A DNA stretch of 64,000 bases, from the NCBI RefSeq assembly GCF_009914755.1, contig NC_060930.1; one strand, given 5' to 3'. The stretch is from the human T2T-CHM13v2.0 reference genome, Homo sapiens. The position numbers and the translations under genes were made by a program. Below are positions 42,115-54,859 of the stretch, one piece after another; the first letter of the stretch is position 1; each line of letters opens with the position of its first letter. The notes beneath the pieces are model-generated. The model made no database searches, was not told the DNA's origin, and was given only the letters and a program-made list of their open reading frames with translations.

Positions 42115-42295
42115 TTAACTCTCTTCATCTTCACAGCAACCTTATAGAGTACATGCTATTAACACCCTGAGGTTATGGATGAAGAAACAGGTGCAGCGAA
42201 TGGGTGATTTGCCTAAGGTTGGGCAACAAATCAGAAACAGGTAGGATTTGAGCCCAGGAATCCTGGTATCAGAGTCTGTACTCAGAAATGCTAGG
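42115..42295 (-). mobile_element. MIR
   Basis: gatgaagaaacaggtgcag...gatttgcctaagg...ggatttgagcccagg. Confidence 0.65.
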
Positions 42296-44464
42296 CAGAG
42301 AGAAAATTCTTGAACTTTGAGAGTAGGCTGTTAAAATGTGATTATTCAACAAGAAATTTCTCTTCTAAATAAATTATTTAGATGTTAAAAATTCTTCTGA
42401 CATGAGCAAATACTCTTGACAATAGTTCAGAGAATCTAGGTCAGACCTTTTACTCTGCTAACCTAGTTCTTCACTAAAAAGCAACATCTACTACCGTTAT
42501 TACCAATAATTAAAATAATAATGGCAATGACTTCATGGACCTGCTGCTTATAAACTTCACTGATATGATAGTATAGTAAATATAATTTGTTCAGAATTAG
42601 GAGGCTGACCTCTAGTGTCATGATTTTAATTAGCTGGATGTTAATAAATATTGGGATAGTTTTTAGTGCTGTAAGTTTTTTTTTTTTAATAAAAAGTCTT
42701 CTCCTTGAATACTTGTGATTTTTTTCATTCTTTTTTCTTTTCTTCCCTTAAGAAAGCAAATATTTATTTCACATACAGAGAAATTAGTCACTCTGTTTTC
42801 ATTGTTCCTTTATTTTTACATCTCTAATTTAATCTTGTATTAATTCCCAAAAGCAATTGTGCAATTTTGGGTTTTTCTGAAATACGTCTCATTCATTCCC
42901 TAAAGCTTTGGAAATGCTCCATGGTGCTCCTTTCCCCAAGCCTTTTTGCATTTTAAAAAATTCCCTTTCTGTTTTAGAGCCAAACTTTGCCCTTGTCCCA
43001 AACTTCTATATTTTAAAAATACTCTTGTCTTATTTTCTAATGATTGGGTGAATTTCATTTCTACCACTTTTCTATTTTTTTTTCCCTGGATTGTTTTGGT
43101 GATTCAATTTCTGGGCTCCAAATATATAGTTGCCAGATTTTTACTGCTATTGGCCATAAAATCCTGCCCAGTCACTGGGCTGTAAAAAAGCAGATGCAAA
43201 ATTGCTCCTACTGTCGGCTGCCAGCTGTGTAGTCCCGCAGCCAGAGGCAGAGAGGCCGTATTCCCCCCACTTTCCTTAGATTCAGGAGCCTGTTCAATAC
43301 GCATTGCCTATGTCACGACCTGCATAGCTGCCTGTCAGTAACCGCCTAGGGCTCTTATTTGTGTAAATAAGTTAGTTTCATTTTCATTTTGTTTGAACTT
43401 CCACATTGCCACTACATAGAGAATGTTTTCTTTATCTTTTCCTACTGAGTTGTAAATAATTGTTACCCTAATCTTGCAGATACAATGATGCTGCCTTGAT
43501 TCTGGTGTGTTAGGTTCAGTTCACAGGAGCTACTCTCCTTTTCAAAGCAAGCAGCATCAGCACACTGATTCTTGGCTGGAATTCGGAGACCCGGAGACCT
43601 GGGCAGGAGACAGAAGCAGCATTGTATGAAAGGATGAAAGAGAGACAAGAGGCAGCATCCTGGGTGTGAAACGAAAATAATATCATCTGTCTTGTCCAAA
43701 TGAACTGGCAATGCAAGGGGGCCAACCATAGAAAGAATCTATGTGGTAAGCAATGGAGTAGAAACCAGATCAGATGAACGGCCAAAATGCATGTTTATTT
43801 TCTCATTGGATTCTCATGGTCTCACCTCCATGGAGAGACAGAACTAGAATTTGACCCATGCAGTGTGACCAGAGGGCCTGGACGCCAAGTCTCTGCTTGA
43901 CTGCCCTGGTTTACGGTCTTTGAGAGGTTATTTTCTGCCCAAGAGCATCCATTAGTACATGGGAATCCAGACTTGGAACATGCTCTGTCTGGCTCCAGAG
44001 TCCTCTAGGTTTTCAAATATTCTACTGAGATTGAGGCAAAGGCTCAGGAAGCATCCCCTGAGCTGGAAAGGGCTGCTGTAATTGGTTTTCATAGGACACC
44101 TGTATAGTGGGCTGTTGACCCAGCTTGTACACAGTCTCAGTGAGGGTGATTTTTTTAAGGGTTATTTGTGTTTTTGCTTATATCATGGCCCTTTAGAATA
44201 CTCATTTGATTGCCTTGTAGTGGTTGTTATTTTTCATTTATTTTGAGTGGGTATGTTATTTTCCTTTCTGGCTGCTTCTTTTCCTGCCATTTTGGGGTTT
44301 GACCCAATCTACTACAAAATATAGATGTTCCTAGTATTTTTTTTCATGTATTTAAGCCTCTTCTAGTGTGTTCATGTGTTTAATGTCAAAGCTTCTGTCT
44401 TACCCCAAAGTTTATATGGTTATATGATTATATCTCTCCCTTTACCCTTTCTTTGGAATCGATT

Positions 44465-45880
44465 TTTAAAAAATTAATAGACTTCATTTCTTTTAGCAAT
44501 TTTAGGCTTACAGAAAAACTGGGCAGAAAATACAGAGCTCCTATATTCACCTTCCCCACTCCCACACACCGTTTGTGGAAAAGACTATCTTTTTTCCACT
44601 AAATTGACTTTTCTCATTCATCAAATATCAGTTGACCTTATTTGTTTGGATCTATTTCTAGGCTCTGTACTCTGCTCCACTTATCTGTCTATTCTTTCAC
44701 CAATACCATGCTGTCTTGATTATTGTAGCTTTATAGTACTTCCTGGAGTTGGATAGTGTAAGGCCTCTGATTGTATTCTTTTCTTTCTTACTTAATGAAA
44801 CCCAATACTGGGTTGGCTATTCTGGGTCTTTTGCCTTTCCATACAAACTTTAGAACTAGTTTGTCAAAATTAAAAAAAATTTTTAAACCTTTACTGGTAT
44901 TTGGATTGTAATTTCATTTAATCTATAGATCCAGTTGGGAAGAAGGGATATTTGACAATATTAAATCTTATCCATGTCCATGGTGTATCTCTCCATTTAT
45001 TCATATATTCTTTGGTTTCTTTCATCAGAGGTTTATAGCTTTTATCATATAAATCTTATACATATTTTGTTAGATTTATACCCATTTTTTGGTGTGAATG
45101 TAAATGGCATTATTTCTTAATTTCAAATTCCAGTTGTTCATTGTTGATATGTAAGAAAGCAATTAACTTTTAAATATTAATCTTGTATCTGCCAACGTTT
45201 ACATAATAGCTTACTAATTCCAGAAGGGGATTTTTGTTGTTGCTGATTCTTTCGGATTTTCTACACAGACAATCATACCATCTATATACGAAGACAGCTT
45301 TATTTCTTTCTTCCCAATCTGTATGCTTTTAATTTCTTTTTCTTGTCTTATTGCACTAGTTAGGACTTCCAGTATGATCTAAAATAAGACTGGTGAGAGC
45401 AGATATCCTTGCCTTCCTAAATTAAAAGGAAAGCATCTAGTTTCTCTTCATTAAGTATGAAGTTAGCTGTAGATTTTTTGTACATGTCCTTTATCAGTTT
45501 GAGAAAGTTTCCCTCTATTCCTAGTTTGCGTGGAGTTTTTACCGTAAGTGGATGGTGGATTTTGTTAAATTCTTTTTCTGCATCTATTGATATGATCATA
45601 TAATTTTTCTTCTTTAGCCTGTTGTTGTGATTGAATACATTATGATTTTCAAACATTGAACTAGTCCTGCATATCTGGAGTAAATCCCATTTGGTCATGG
45701 TGTATTGTTTGTTTTATACATTGTTGGATTCAATTTACTAATATTTTGTTGACGATTTTTGCATCCATTTTCCTGAGAGATACTAGTCTATTGTTTTCCT
45801 TTCCTGTAATGCCTTCATCTGGTTTTGGCATTAAGGTTAGGCTGGTTTCATTGAATGAATTAAAACATATTTTCCTCTGT
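44465..45880 (-). mobile_element. Old L1M (MB/MC) fragment: short 3' end joined to ORF2 RT region
   Basis: ORF 45417-45698 encodes [17 protein letters not shown]...KLGIEGNFL (RT); 3'-end motif at 44465-44570. Confidence 0.85.
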
Positions 45881-47149
45881 TTCTCTTTTCTCCTTGTTTG
45901 TTTTTACTTCTAGCTTTTTTTTTCCCATGCATCCAAAAATGGTCAATAATTCTAAACTCATGTCTATTAAACATGGCTTGCCTTACCCTGTATGTTGCAT
46001 CGTATTTTATGCAAGGAAACAGGGACAACTATTAGCTTTTAATCATTTTGTGTCCTGATGCTTTAACACTGTGGCTTCTTTTTCTAAAACTCCCATCTAA
46101 GCCAGAAATGTCTTATTATCAGCAATAGCATAAAGAAAAATTTTCTGAAAGTCATCTTTGTCTTGGATATCATCTCAAAATCAATTGTCAATAATTCTAT
46201 CTTTTTGGCATCATTGTAAATCAAGCAAAGTAGCTTTCAGAAAATTTCCCTTATAGGAATAATGCTTAACTGAAGAGATGTATACTCAGAGAAGAAGCAG
46301 CCTTTTGTAAGGAAAATTTCTCTGAATAAAACTGTCTTTAAAAGACTTTGCAACAACAAAAAAAGAGCTAGCTTCTGCAGGAGGAAGAAAAAAACAACTC
46401 CGACTCTAAATCCAAGGCCAGTGACACCACACTGCATATAATACAGTTTCTTTTTTGCAACAGTAAGAACATGAGCACAAAGGGAACATTTATGAGAGCC
46501 AACATGATCAATTTGAGGAAAACAGCAGTTAGAAACTGCAATCCAATTTTTTTTCCTGTCTAGAAAATCAATGAACCACAAACATCTAATAAATCGGTCA
46601 ATTATACACAGATGCCAGGCTGTACAAAAGATGTATATTAGTTTTAGCAAATCATGACTGTCTCATAGAGATTTTATGACAGAAAGTTCCACTGATTAAA
46701 ATGTCAGTATAAAACATTGCCTTTCATTCAAATAGCTAGTCCAGACTCAGCCTCTGTAATGATGGAATGTAATAATTAGATAGTGGGCAAAGCCCACATG
46801 TTAGCAAACAACAACAAAAATAATCAGACTGCTCAAAGAAAAGGAAAGAGCTGGTGAAGCACAACTGAGGTGGTCTCGGGCTTAGCTCCCCAGTGAAAGC
46901 ATCCAGAGTAACACCCAGGTACTCAGATGGCAGGCACTGCACGTGTTTCCATGACAACTCCAAGGACCTGGCTGGGGACTTATCACTGGGGTTGCAGAGT
47001 TGGGATTTCTCTGAAAGAAGAAGTAAGAATTGTGTTTTAATTAAAGAAATATTTTTTAAAGTATGACTCTTAATTTTAATTAATTAATAAATATTTTAAT
47101 AGTATTAATTTTTTATGTTAATACCATTAATTGTTTTAAAATTGATATT

Positions 47150-47272
47150 CCTGCTTGAGCCCAGGAGTTCAAGGCTGCAGTGAGCTATGATTGTGCCAAT
47201 GCACTGCAGCTGGGGCAACAGAGCAAGACCCTGTTTCTAAAATAAATAAATAAAATTTAAAAATAAAAAAAA
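47150..47272 (+). mobile_element. Alu monomer/right-arm fragment (FRAM/AluJ)
   Basis: gcttgagcccaggagttcaaggctgcagtgagctatgattg... with A tail. Confidence 0.85.
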
Positions 47273-47759
47273 GATATTTTTATCCCTAATTTTAAAAGTT
47301 AGGGATCATTTAAAAAGCCTTTTAGTTTTTCCTTGGCCTCACTGCCTGGGGTACCACAGTACAGCATGGCAAGTTCCCCTTTATATTCTGTAATAAGATG
47401 TTCTAGCATAGATGTGGGCAGAGGCTTCCTGACTTCCCAGCAGGGCCTGCTTTGTTTGTACTCCCAGCCACACGGCCCCAAGAGTAACTCTGGGCCTGAG
47501 TGAAAAAACCCTTTGTAGAGGGGTAATGGACCAGATGAAAGTCTTCACGTAGAATTTTCCCCACTCGCCCTTTTTGGATCTCGCACCTTTATTCGTATCA
47601 TCTTCCCCCATTGTCCTCAGTCCTGACTATTCAGGCACCAAAAAGGATATCTCTCTTTGGCTTCTTTCCTCATTATGTGGGAAAACTCAGCTGAAAATCC
47701 ACAGGCATCCTAATATTCAATAATGAGAGATGCTGTGCTCAGCACTTGTCTCCAGATCT

Positions 47760-47809
47760 TGAGTGACACTCTATCCCAGAATGCTGAGTGACACTCTATC
47801 CCAGGATGC
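47760..47809. repeat. 25-bp tandem duplication
   Basis: tgagtgacactctatcccag(a/g)atgc x2. Confidence 0.9.
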
Positions 47810-47820
47810 TGTGGTCAGTC

Positions 47821-48227
47821 GCTGTTAGGAACTAAATGTCTGTGTTCCCCCCAAAATTCATGTTTTGAAGTCCTAACCTCCAGTGTTGCCGTATTTGGAA
47901 AGGGGCCTTGAAGAATTCATTAAGATACGGTAAGGTCATAAGAGTTGACCCCGATCTGATAGGATTAGTGTCCCTAGGAGAAGAGACACCCAGAGCTCTC
48001 TCCCCATTCCCCCACCATGAGCGTGCACTGAGGAAAGGCCATGTGGGGACACAGTGAGAAGGTGACCAGGTGACCGTCTGCAAGCCAGAGATTCCTCACC
48101 AGAAACCAAGTCACCAGAACCTTGATCTTGGATTTCCAGCCTCCAGAACATCGAGAAAATATGTTTTTGTGGTTTAAGGCCCCCAGTCTATGTTATTTTG
48201 TTAAGGCAGCCCAAGATGGCGAATATA
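47821..48227 (+). mobile_element. MLT1A/B-type MaLR LTR
   Basis: aatgtctgtgttccccccaaattcatg...gatcttggatttccagcctccagaac...ttgttaaggcagccc. Confidence 0.8.
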
Positions 48228-49142
48228 ATGGCATCAGAGAGGGAGACAGCCATCACATAAGACTCCCTCCATCAGACACGAATGGTATCAGCCAGGCAGT
48301 CCCAGAAGCCTGCAATAGAAAAGCACCATTCACTGACCCTCATGTTTGGAGTGATGGTGTGTTCTCCCATACATACAAATGTGTCTAGAAATCCCAAGGT
48401 AAGACAGCATGTCTAGTGAGTTCTGGAGAATGACTGCCCTGTGTCCACTTGGCTTATGTGATGGAGGCTACTGGAGCCTCAGGACACAATTGTTGGACAC
48501 ATTGAACATTGCCATAACATCTGACAGACGGAGCACAGATGTGCAGCGACTTCCACCAAGGCCAGGCAACCTGTGGATAATCCAAAAAGAAACCATAAGG
48601 GATGTAAAATCGAACTCTGCTTTTCTTCTTGATCACTGGGTACCACTTTGGGCTACAAAGTAGAGAATTTATTTTGACTTCTTTAGCCCCATCAAGGCTC
48701 GTGGTTCTCCCTGACACCCCTCACCACCTCATGTCTTCATCTGCAGACTGTGCTGGGATGCTAGGCTGTTCCTCCCGTTAGGAGCAGCTCAGTGGGAGCA
48801 GATTCAAGTAGAAGGAGAGAGGAATCTGCATGCATTGGGCTGACGGTGATTTGTTCATTTCTTAGAGTAATCAGTAACATCTTGATTGATGCATTCTTAG
48901 TTTAGTGCTCTGGTTGTTACTGCTTACTGAGAATATTATTTTCTTCCATTTTTGTCTCTTTCTTGTTTTCCATCCTCCAAGTCAAAATTCTTAGAGTTCT
49001 TTGACTCTGAATATATTTTCAGCTTATGAACTATAATACATTGAAATCTAAACTCCATGTGTTGTTAAAGTATATCACTGGTGACACTATTGTAGCTATT
49101 CATTTTAAAATAAATGTCTCTAGGGAGCTTAAGGTTCATCCT

Positions 49143-49705
49143 TGTATTAGTCAGGGTTCTCTAGAGTGACAGAACTAATAGGATAAATGTATATATGAAA
49201 GGGTGTTTATTAAGGGGATTTGACTCACACAGTCACAAGGTAAAGTCCTATGATAAGCCATCTGCAAGCTGAGGAGCAAGAAAGCCAGTGGTGGATTAGT
49301 CTGAGTCCCAAAACCTCAAAAGTAGGGAAGCTCACAGTGCAGGCTTCAGTCTGTGGCCAAAGGCCAGAGAACCCCTGGCAAACCACTGGTGTAAGTCCAG
49401 GAGTCCAAAAGCTGAAGAACTTGGAGTCTGATGATGTTCGAGGGCAGGAAGCATCCAGTACGGGAGAAAGATGGAGGCTGGAAGACTCAGCAAGTCAAGA
49501 CCTTCCACATTCTTCTACCTGCTTTATTCTAGCCATGCTGGCAGCTGATTAGAAGGTGCCCATCCAGATTGAGGGTGGGTCTGCCTCTCCCAGTCCATTG
49601 ACTCAAATGTTAATCTCCTTTGGCAACACCATCACAGACACACCCAGGAACAATACTTTGCATCCTTCCATCCAGTCAAGTTGACACTCAATAGTAACCA
49701 TCACA
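49143..49705 (-). mobile_element. MLT2A (MLT2A2-like) HERV-L solo LTR
   Basis: tgtattagtcagggttctctagag...aaccatcaca; perfect TSD atcct; 563 bp. Confidence 0.92.
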
Positions 49706-50051
49706 ATCCTCCTCCATGACTCTTCAGATGCTGTTTTCTTTGAAGGAAACACTGTGTATGGACCTCGTTGATTTTTCACTCTAGCAGTTCTCTTGCTGGT
49801 AAATGTTTAATAATTGGTGCTCTCGGGGTGTTTGCCAAATTCCATGGTCTATGATCAATATCCCCACTATTTATTAACCTATTTTGAGCCACCAATATGG
49901 TGTCACTGAATGTGAAATTGGGGAAGAGATTCATACAATTGGCTCTCCAGCCCCTGCATGCTGTGGATAGGGGGTGTAATTAACTCTGCACCTGACCTTT
50001 CATAAAAGCCCTGCTCCTAGGGGTTTCTTGTCTCTTAAAATCAACCTTTGT

Positions 50052-50172
50052 CAGGAGGGTCGCTTAAGCCCAGGAGTTCCAGGCTGCAGCGAGCTATGAT
50101 TGTGCCACTGCACTCCAGCCTGAGCAACACAGTGAGACCCCTTTACTAAAAAACAAACAAACAAACAAAAAG
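50052..50172 (+). mobile_element. Alu right-arm fragment (FRAM/AluJ)
   Basis: caggagggtcgcttaagcccaggagttccaggctgcag... with (aaac)n tail. Confidence 0.85.
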
Positions 50173-50744
50173 AATAGCCTTTGTTACCTGACCTCACATA
50201 CGAGTGGCTCCCCAAACATGATGGAGAAAATATAACAAGGATTTTAAAACACAGGAAAATCGGAGTGTTTTCCCACATCGTTCTTCCCCTAGGCCGCATC
50301 CTGACCTCTTTAGCTCAGAAACAATATTTCACCATACAGAACCATTTCCACCATGCCTATATGATCCAGTTCATTCATTAAACACTGATAAATACAATTT
50401 TCTGCTTCAGTGGAAAGTGGAATGACATTGGTGAAATAGTGATACATATTCAATTTGATTATAAAAATAAAAAAGAGTAGAAGACTTTCTGTTGCATGTT
50501 CATGTCAAAAGCAAGGAAATGGTTGATTGTATCTGGTGTATCAAACATCTAGTGGTCAGTGCTTGGGGCCACCACAGTGGTTTTCTCACCAGAGCTGCTC
50601 TGCGCTGGGGTTTCTGGGATTGTTCCTGGCTGTCCAGTCCAGTGCCTAGCTCTCCAGCATTCCCAAAATTCTGTGGGCTGCCCACTATTCTTTGAACAGC
50701 TCTCTTTTCTGCTAACTTGAACCAAGTTGGCTTTTATTGCAACT

Positions 50745-50965
50745 CAGAACTCAGGCTCTAGGGCAAGACAGCTTTAGTTCAAATTCCAGATGCCTCAGCT
50801 ACTAGCTTGTGTCCTTAGCCAAATTTCTCTCCACAAATTCATCATCTGTAAAAGGGGGATAATACTTCCCATTAAGTTATTATGATGCTTAAATGAACTA
50901 ATACGTGCACATGTTATAGAACAATACGGGGCACATAGTAAGCGCTCAATAACTGTTAGCTATTA
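50745..50965 (+). mobile_element. MIR
   Basis: catctgtaaaaggggataata...ggcacatagtaagcgctcaataactgttagctatta. Confidence 0.8.
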
Positions 50966-51636
50966 ACATCATGTTGGGTACATTACAGCAAAAATTGGTT
51001 GACATCAACCAATTCCAAATACAAAGGGAAAATGAACAGCCGTGAAGCCACTGCTTTTGTGTCACATATTTTACGTGTTCTCAAACATAAGAAGCCTCTT
51101 CATAGTATAATAGCTTCAAACTTGGTACAGAACAGAGAATATGTATTTACTTTTTCCATGGTAATCAGCAGTTTAGAAGTTGATCACTCTTTAAATCCAG
51201 CATCTGTTAATGTTTAAAGCAATTCATAGTTTTCCTCAGAGCACATGATTTTGGACAAAGACAACAACAAATAAAAGTGCCAAAATGGGCTCACTAGCCT
51301 GTGTGCATAAAATGAAGTAATTTCAACAAATTCTCTGTATGTACTATGTATGTACTTATTCTATTCCATGTTAACAAAAGCTTTTATTGTCCTCCTCAAA
51401 AATTCCTCTGATATTTGCCTTTCAAATTCTAGAATGGCAATGCTAATTTTAATGTCACATTCTTGTTTCCTTCTTGGCAAAATGTATTGTTTTGCTTTAG
51501 TGTTCTGAATATTTTTAAAATGTTTCCAACATTTCTAACACATGGGCAATTTGAAAAACTCTAGCCTTTTACTTCTTTTTTTTTTTCCTCTTTCTTTTGA
51601 TTTAATAAAATTAGGACGGAAACCCTTGCATTTTCT

Positions 51637-51937
51637 TTCTTTTCTTTCTTTCTTTTTGAGACAGAGTCTTGCTCTGTCACTTGGGCTGGAGTGCAGTGCT
51701 ATAATCACAGCTCACTGCCACCTCAACCTCCCAAGTTCAAGTGATCCTCTAACCTAAGCCTCCCAAGTAGCTTGGACCACAGGTACATGCCACCACGCCT
51801 GGCTAATTCTTTATTTTTTTATAGAGATAGGATCTCCCTGTTGCCCGGGCTGGTCTCAAACTTCTAAGCTCAAGCAATCCTCCCACCTTGACTTCCCAAA
51901 GTGCTGGGATTACAGGCATAAGCCACCATGCCTGGCC
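51637..51937 (-). mobile_element. AluJ
   Basis: TSD approximately cccttgcatttt on both sides. Confidence 0.92.
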
Positions 51938-51978
51938 ACCCCTTGCATTTTTCTAAAGCCTATTTTACAATTATCTCT

Positions 51979-52023
51979 TTGGTTGGTGCAAAAGTAACTG
52001 TGTTTTTCCCCATTACTTTTAAT
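51979..52023. mobile_element. MADE1 (Hsmar1 MITE), half element
   Basis: ggttggtgcaaaagtaactgtgtttttcccattacttttaat matches the mariner TIR. Confidence 0.75.
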
Positions 52024-52049
52024 AGTGAGCTAGTGGCTTTTATAGAGAT

Positions 52050-52345
52050 GATTTATCTATTCATTCAACAAATAGACACAGAGCCCTTATTTGGAGCAGG
52101 GCTGGGCTAATGCCAGGATGTTTTGATGAACAAAGCATGACCCTATCCTCAAAGAGTTTACAGTACGGTAGGAAGAGAGAGAAAGAAACAGGCGGTTCCC
52201 ATAACCTGCAACTAGAGGTAAATTCATGATGCTAGGAGAACACAGCAGAAGGGCACCTAATCCAAACTCAGGGGATCAGGAAAGGATTCTCAGAGGAAAT
52301 GACATTTGGCAGAGACTTGTACAATAACTAAGAGTTAGCCAATAA
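52050..52345 (-). mobile_element. L2 3' fragment
   Basis: tcattcaacaaata...cctatcctcaaagagtttacagt...caggaaaggattctcagaggaaatgacatt. Confidence 0.7.
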
Positions 52346-52579
52346 AGAATGGTATTTTTCTTTAACCTTCTTGTGGAAGGGTGTATAATTAAACTATGTC
52401 ATGCTCTGAATGTTTCATAAATCTTTTTTTAAAAAAATGAATAATTTTTAATGTCCTATAAATATTCCATTTCTTTGAAAAGCAGGATGTAAATATAGTG
52501 GATTCCATAATTGAGAACTTTACACATATTTGCAGCATTAATTGTACTCCCGGTTCCAAAATTCTGAAATATTTTATAT

Positions 52580-52946
52580 ACATACCTTAGTCAGTTGGGG
52601 CTACTATGAAAAATATCATATAATAAGTGGCTTCAACAACAAACACTTATTTCTCACCGTTCTGGAGTCTAGAAGTCTGAAATCAGGATGCCAGCATGGT
52701 CAGGTTCTTGGTGAGGGCCTCTTCTTGACTTGTAGATACCTGCCTTTTAGTTGTATCCTCACATGGCAGAGACAGAGAGAAGGCTCTGGTCTTTTCATCC
52801 TTTTATAAAGGCACTAATCCACCACGGGGTCTGTACCCTCATGACCTCATCTAAACCTATTTACCTTTCACAGGCCCCAATACCATCTCATGGGAGATTA
52901 GGGATTCAACATATGGATTTTGGAAGGACACAGTCAGTCCATAGCA
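52580..52946 (-). mobile_element. MLT1A-type MaLR LTR
   Basis: ttatttctcaccgttctggagtctagaagtctgaaatcagg...ttcaacatatggattttggaaggacacagtcagtccatagca. Confidence 0.85.
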
Positions 52947-52964
52947 ATGCTCTATTGCATTTAT

Positions 52965-53097
52965 TTTTCTCTTCCTCCTCTCCTCTCCTCTCCTCTCCCC
53001 TCCCCTCCCCTCCCCTCCCCTCCCCTCCCCTCCCCTCTCCTCTCCTCTCCTCTCTTCTCTTCTCTTCTCTTCTCCTCTCTTCCCTTTTCTTTTTTCT
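52965..53097. repeat. Polypyrimidine pentamer repeat (CTCTC/CCCCT/CTCTT), derived from an Alu tail
   Basis: Pure C/T tract directly adjoining the minus-strand Alu. Confidence 0.92.
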
Positions 53098-53373
53098 ACA
53101 GTCTCACTGTGTTGCCCAGGCTGGAGTGCAGTGGCGTGAGCTTGGCTCACTGCAACCTCCGCTTCCTGGGTTCAAACGATTCTCTTGCTTCAGAGTTCCA
53201 AGCAGCGGGGATTACAGGCATGCACCACCATGCTGTCTAATTTTTGTATTTTTACTAGAGATGAGGTTTCACCATGTTGGCCAGGCTGGTCTCAAACTCC
53301 TGACCTCGAATGATCTGCTGGCTGCAGCCTCCCAACATGCTAGGATTACAGGCGTGTGCCACTGTGGCTGGCC
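53098..53373 (-). mobile_element. AluS
   Basis: Alu reverse complement; tttatttttct repeated outside the tail and head. Confidence 0.92.
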
Positions 53374-53645
53374 ATGTTTATTTTTCTTATGTGAGAAATA
53401 AATAAGTTTACTTTAGTCACATGTTTCCCTACTAATAAATTACATTCATTAAGATGAAACATTGAATTTTTAAGCCCAATACACATTAACTTCAAAGCAA
53501 TTTCTCTAACTCACAATGAAAATTCACGCATAAAATTAAACATAAGTTTTTAAATTACAAAATAGAGGTAACAAAATTATTTTCCAGTTTTGCTCATACT
53601 TCTGCAATGTATGCAGTGGCTATTTTTTAAAAATAACCTCCTTGA

Positions 53646-53978
<333 letters not shown>

Positions 53979-54859
53979 TGAAACATTACATTTTTCATGT
54001 TATTCTAAGATGCTAAAATATGACATATCAAAATTGTTTACTCTCATCAATTTTGCCTGTCTCACCTTCTTGCAACACAGCACTTCACTGGTTAACCCTG
54101 ACTAGATCAACTTTCTACTTGCAAAATGTTGAATCTGTCATTTCAACCAGCTTAACAATTGACATTTTATTCATAGCCACAAACTTCAAAAGGCACTCAA
54201 TACTGCTCAGTACCCCTGTTTTCTAGTAAGTTTATTATTCTCCTCTGTGATAATATTTTAAATCTTCTTTCTCTGCTTAAACAGCCCATGCACCCTATCC
54301 CTCCCCACCCTCAATTGGTGACTCTGCCTTATTTTTCATTGTGGTAACAGAAATATTGTAGAAACAAAATTTACAATCATAAATGCTGGTGTGAGAAAAT
54401 AGACTTATTTTTCTGTAACTGAATGAGTTTTGCCTCTAACTCTCATTCCACTGATGATTCAGAAAATTGAATTCCAGATTTCTTTAGTCACTTCAGATTT
54501 TCTCAATATTTTCAAACTCAGTCCATTCAGGACTATACAAGTCCCGAATGGGACTTCCCGGAGTGACATTTAAGATCCAGAAGGTTTACATTGTGTAATC
54601 AGGAAAAGACATATATTCTACTTTTGAACACTGAAAAAACCTGGAAAGAATGACCAACAGTAGCAATGTTGATTTAGATATAGTGTTTCTCACTAAAAGG
54701 TAACAGGGCTTCTAAATTCAAAACTACAGGGTGTTTTGCTTAATTTTTTCAATATGAAACTTGTTCCTCCGTTCACCCATACCACACATCCTGGTTGTCA
54801 AGAATGGGGATGATAAATGAGAATTTCACATAATTACTCATTTGGCTTATTCTAAATTA

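Noticed and set aside
43200-43270. Possible CTCF site in a CpG-containing patch
   Set aside because: Poor match to the CCASYAGRKGGC core; unsupported.
52751-53401. 216-aa ORF with a Pro/Ser/Leu repeat
   Set aside because: Read-through of MLT1A, a microsatellite and an antisense Alu; a typical artefact.
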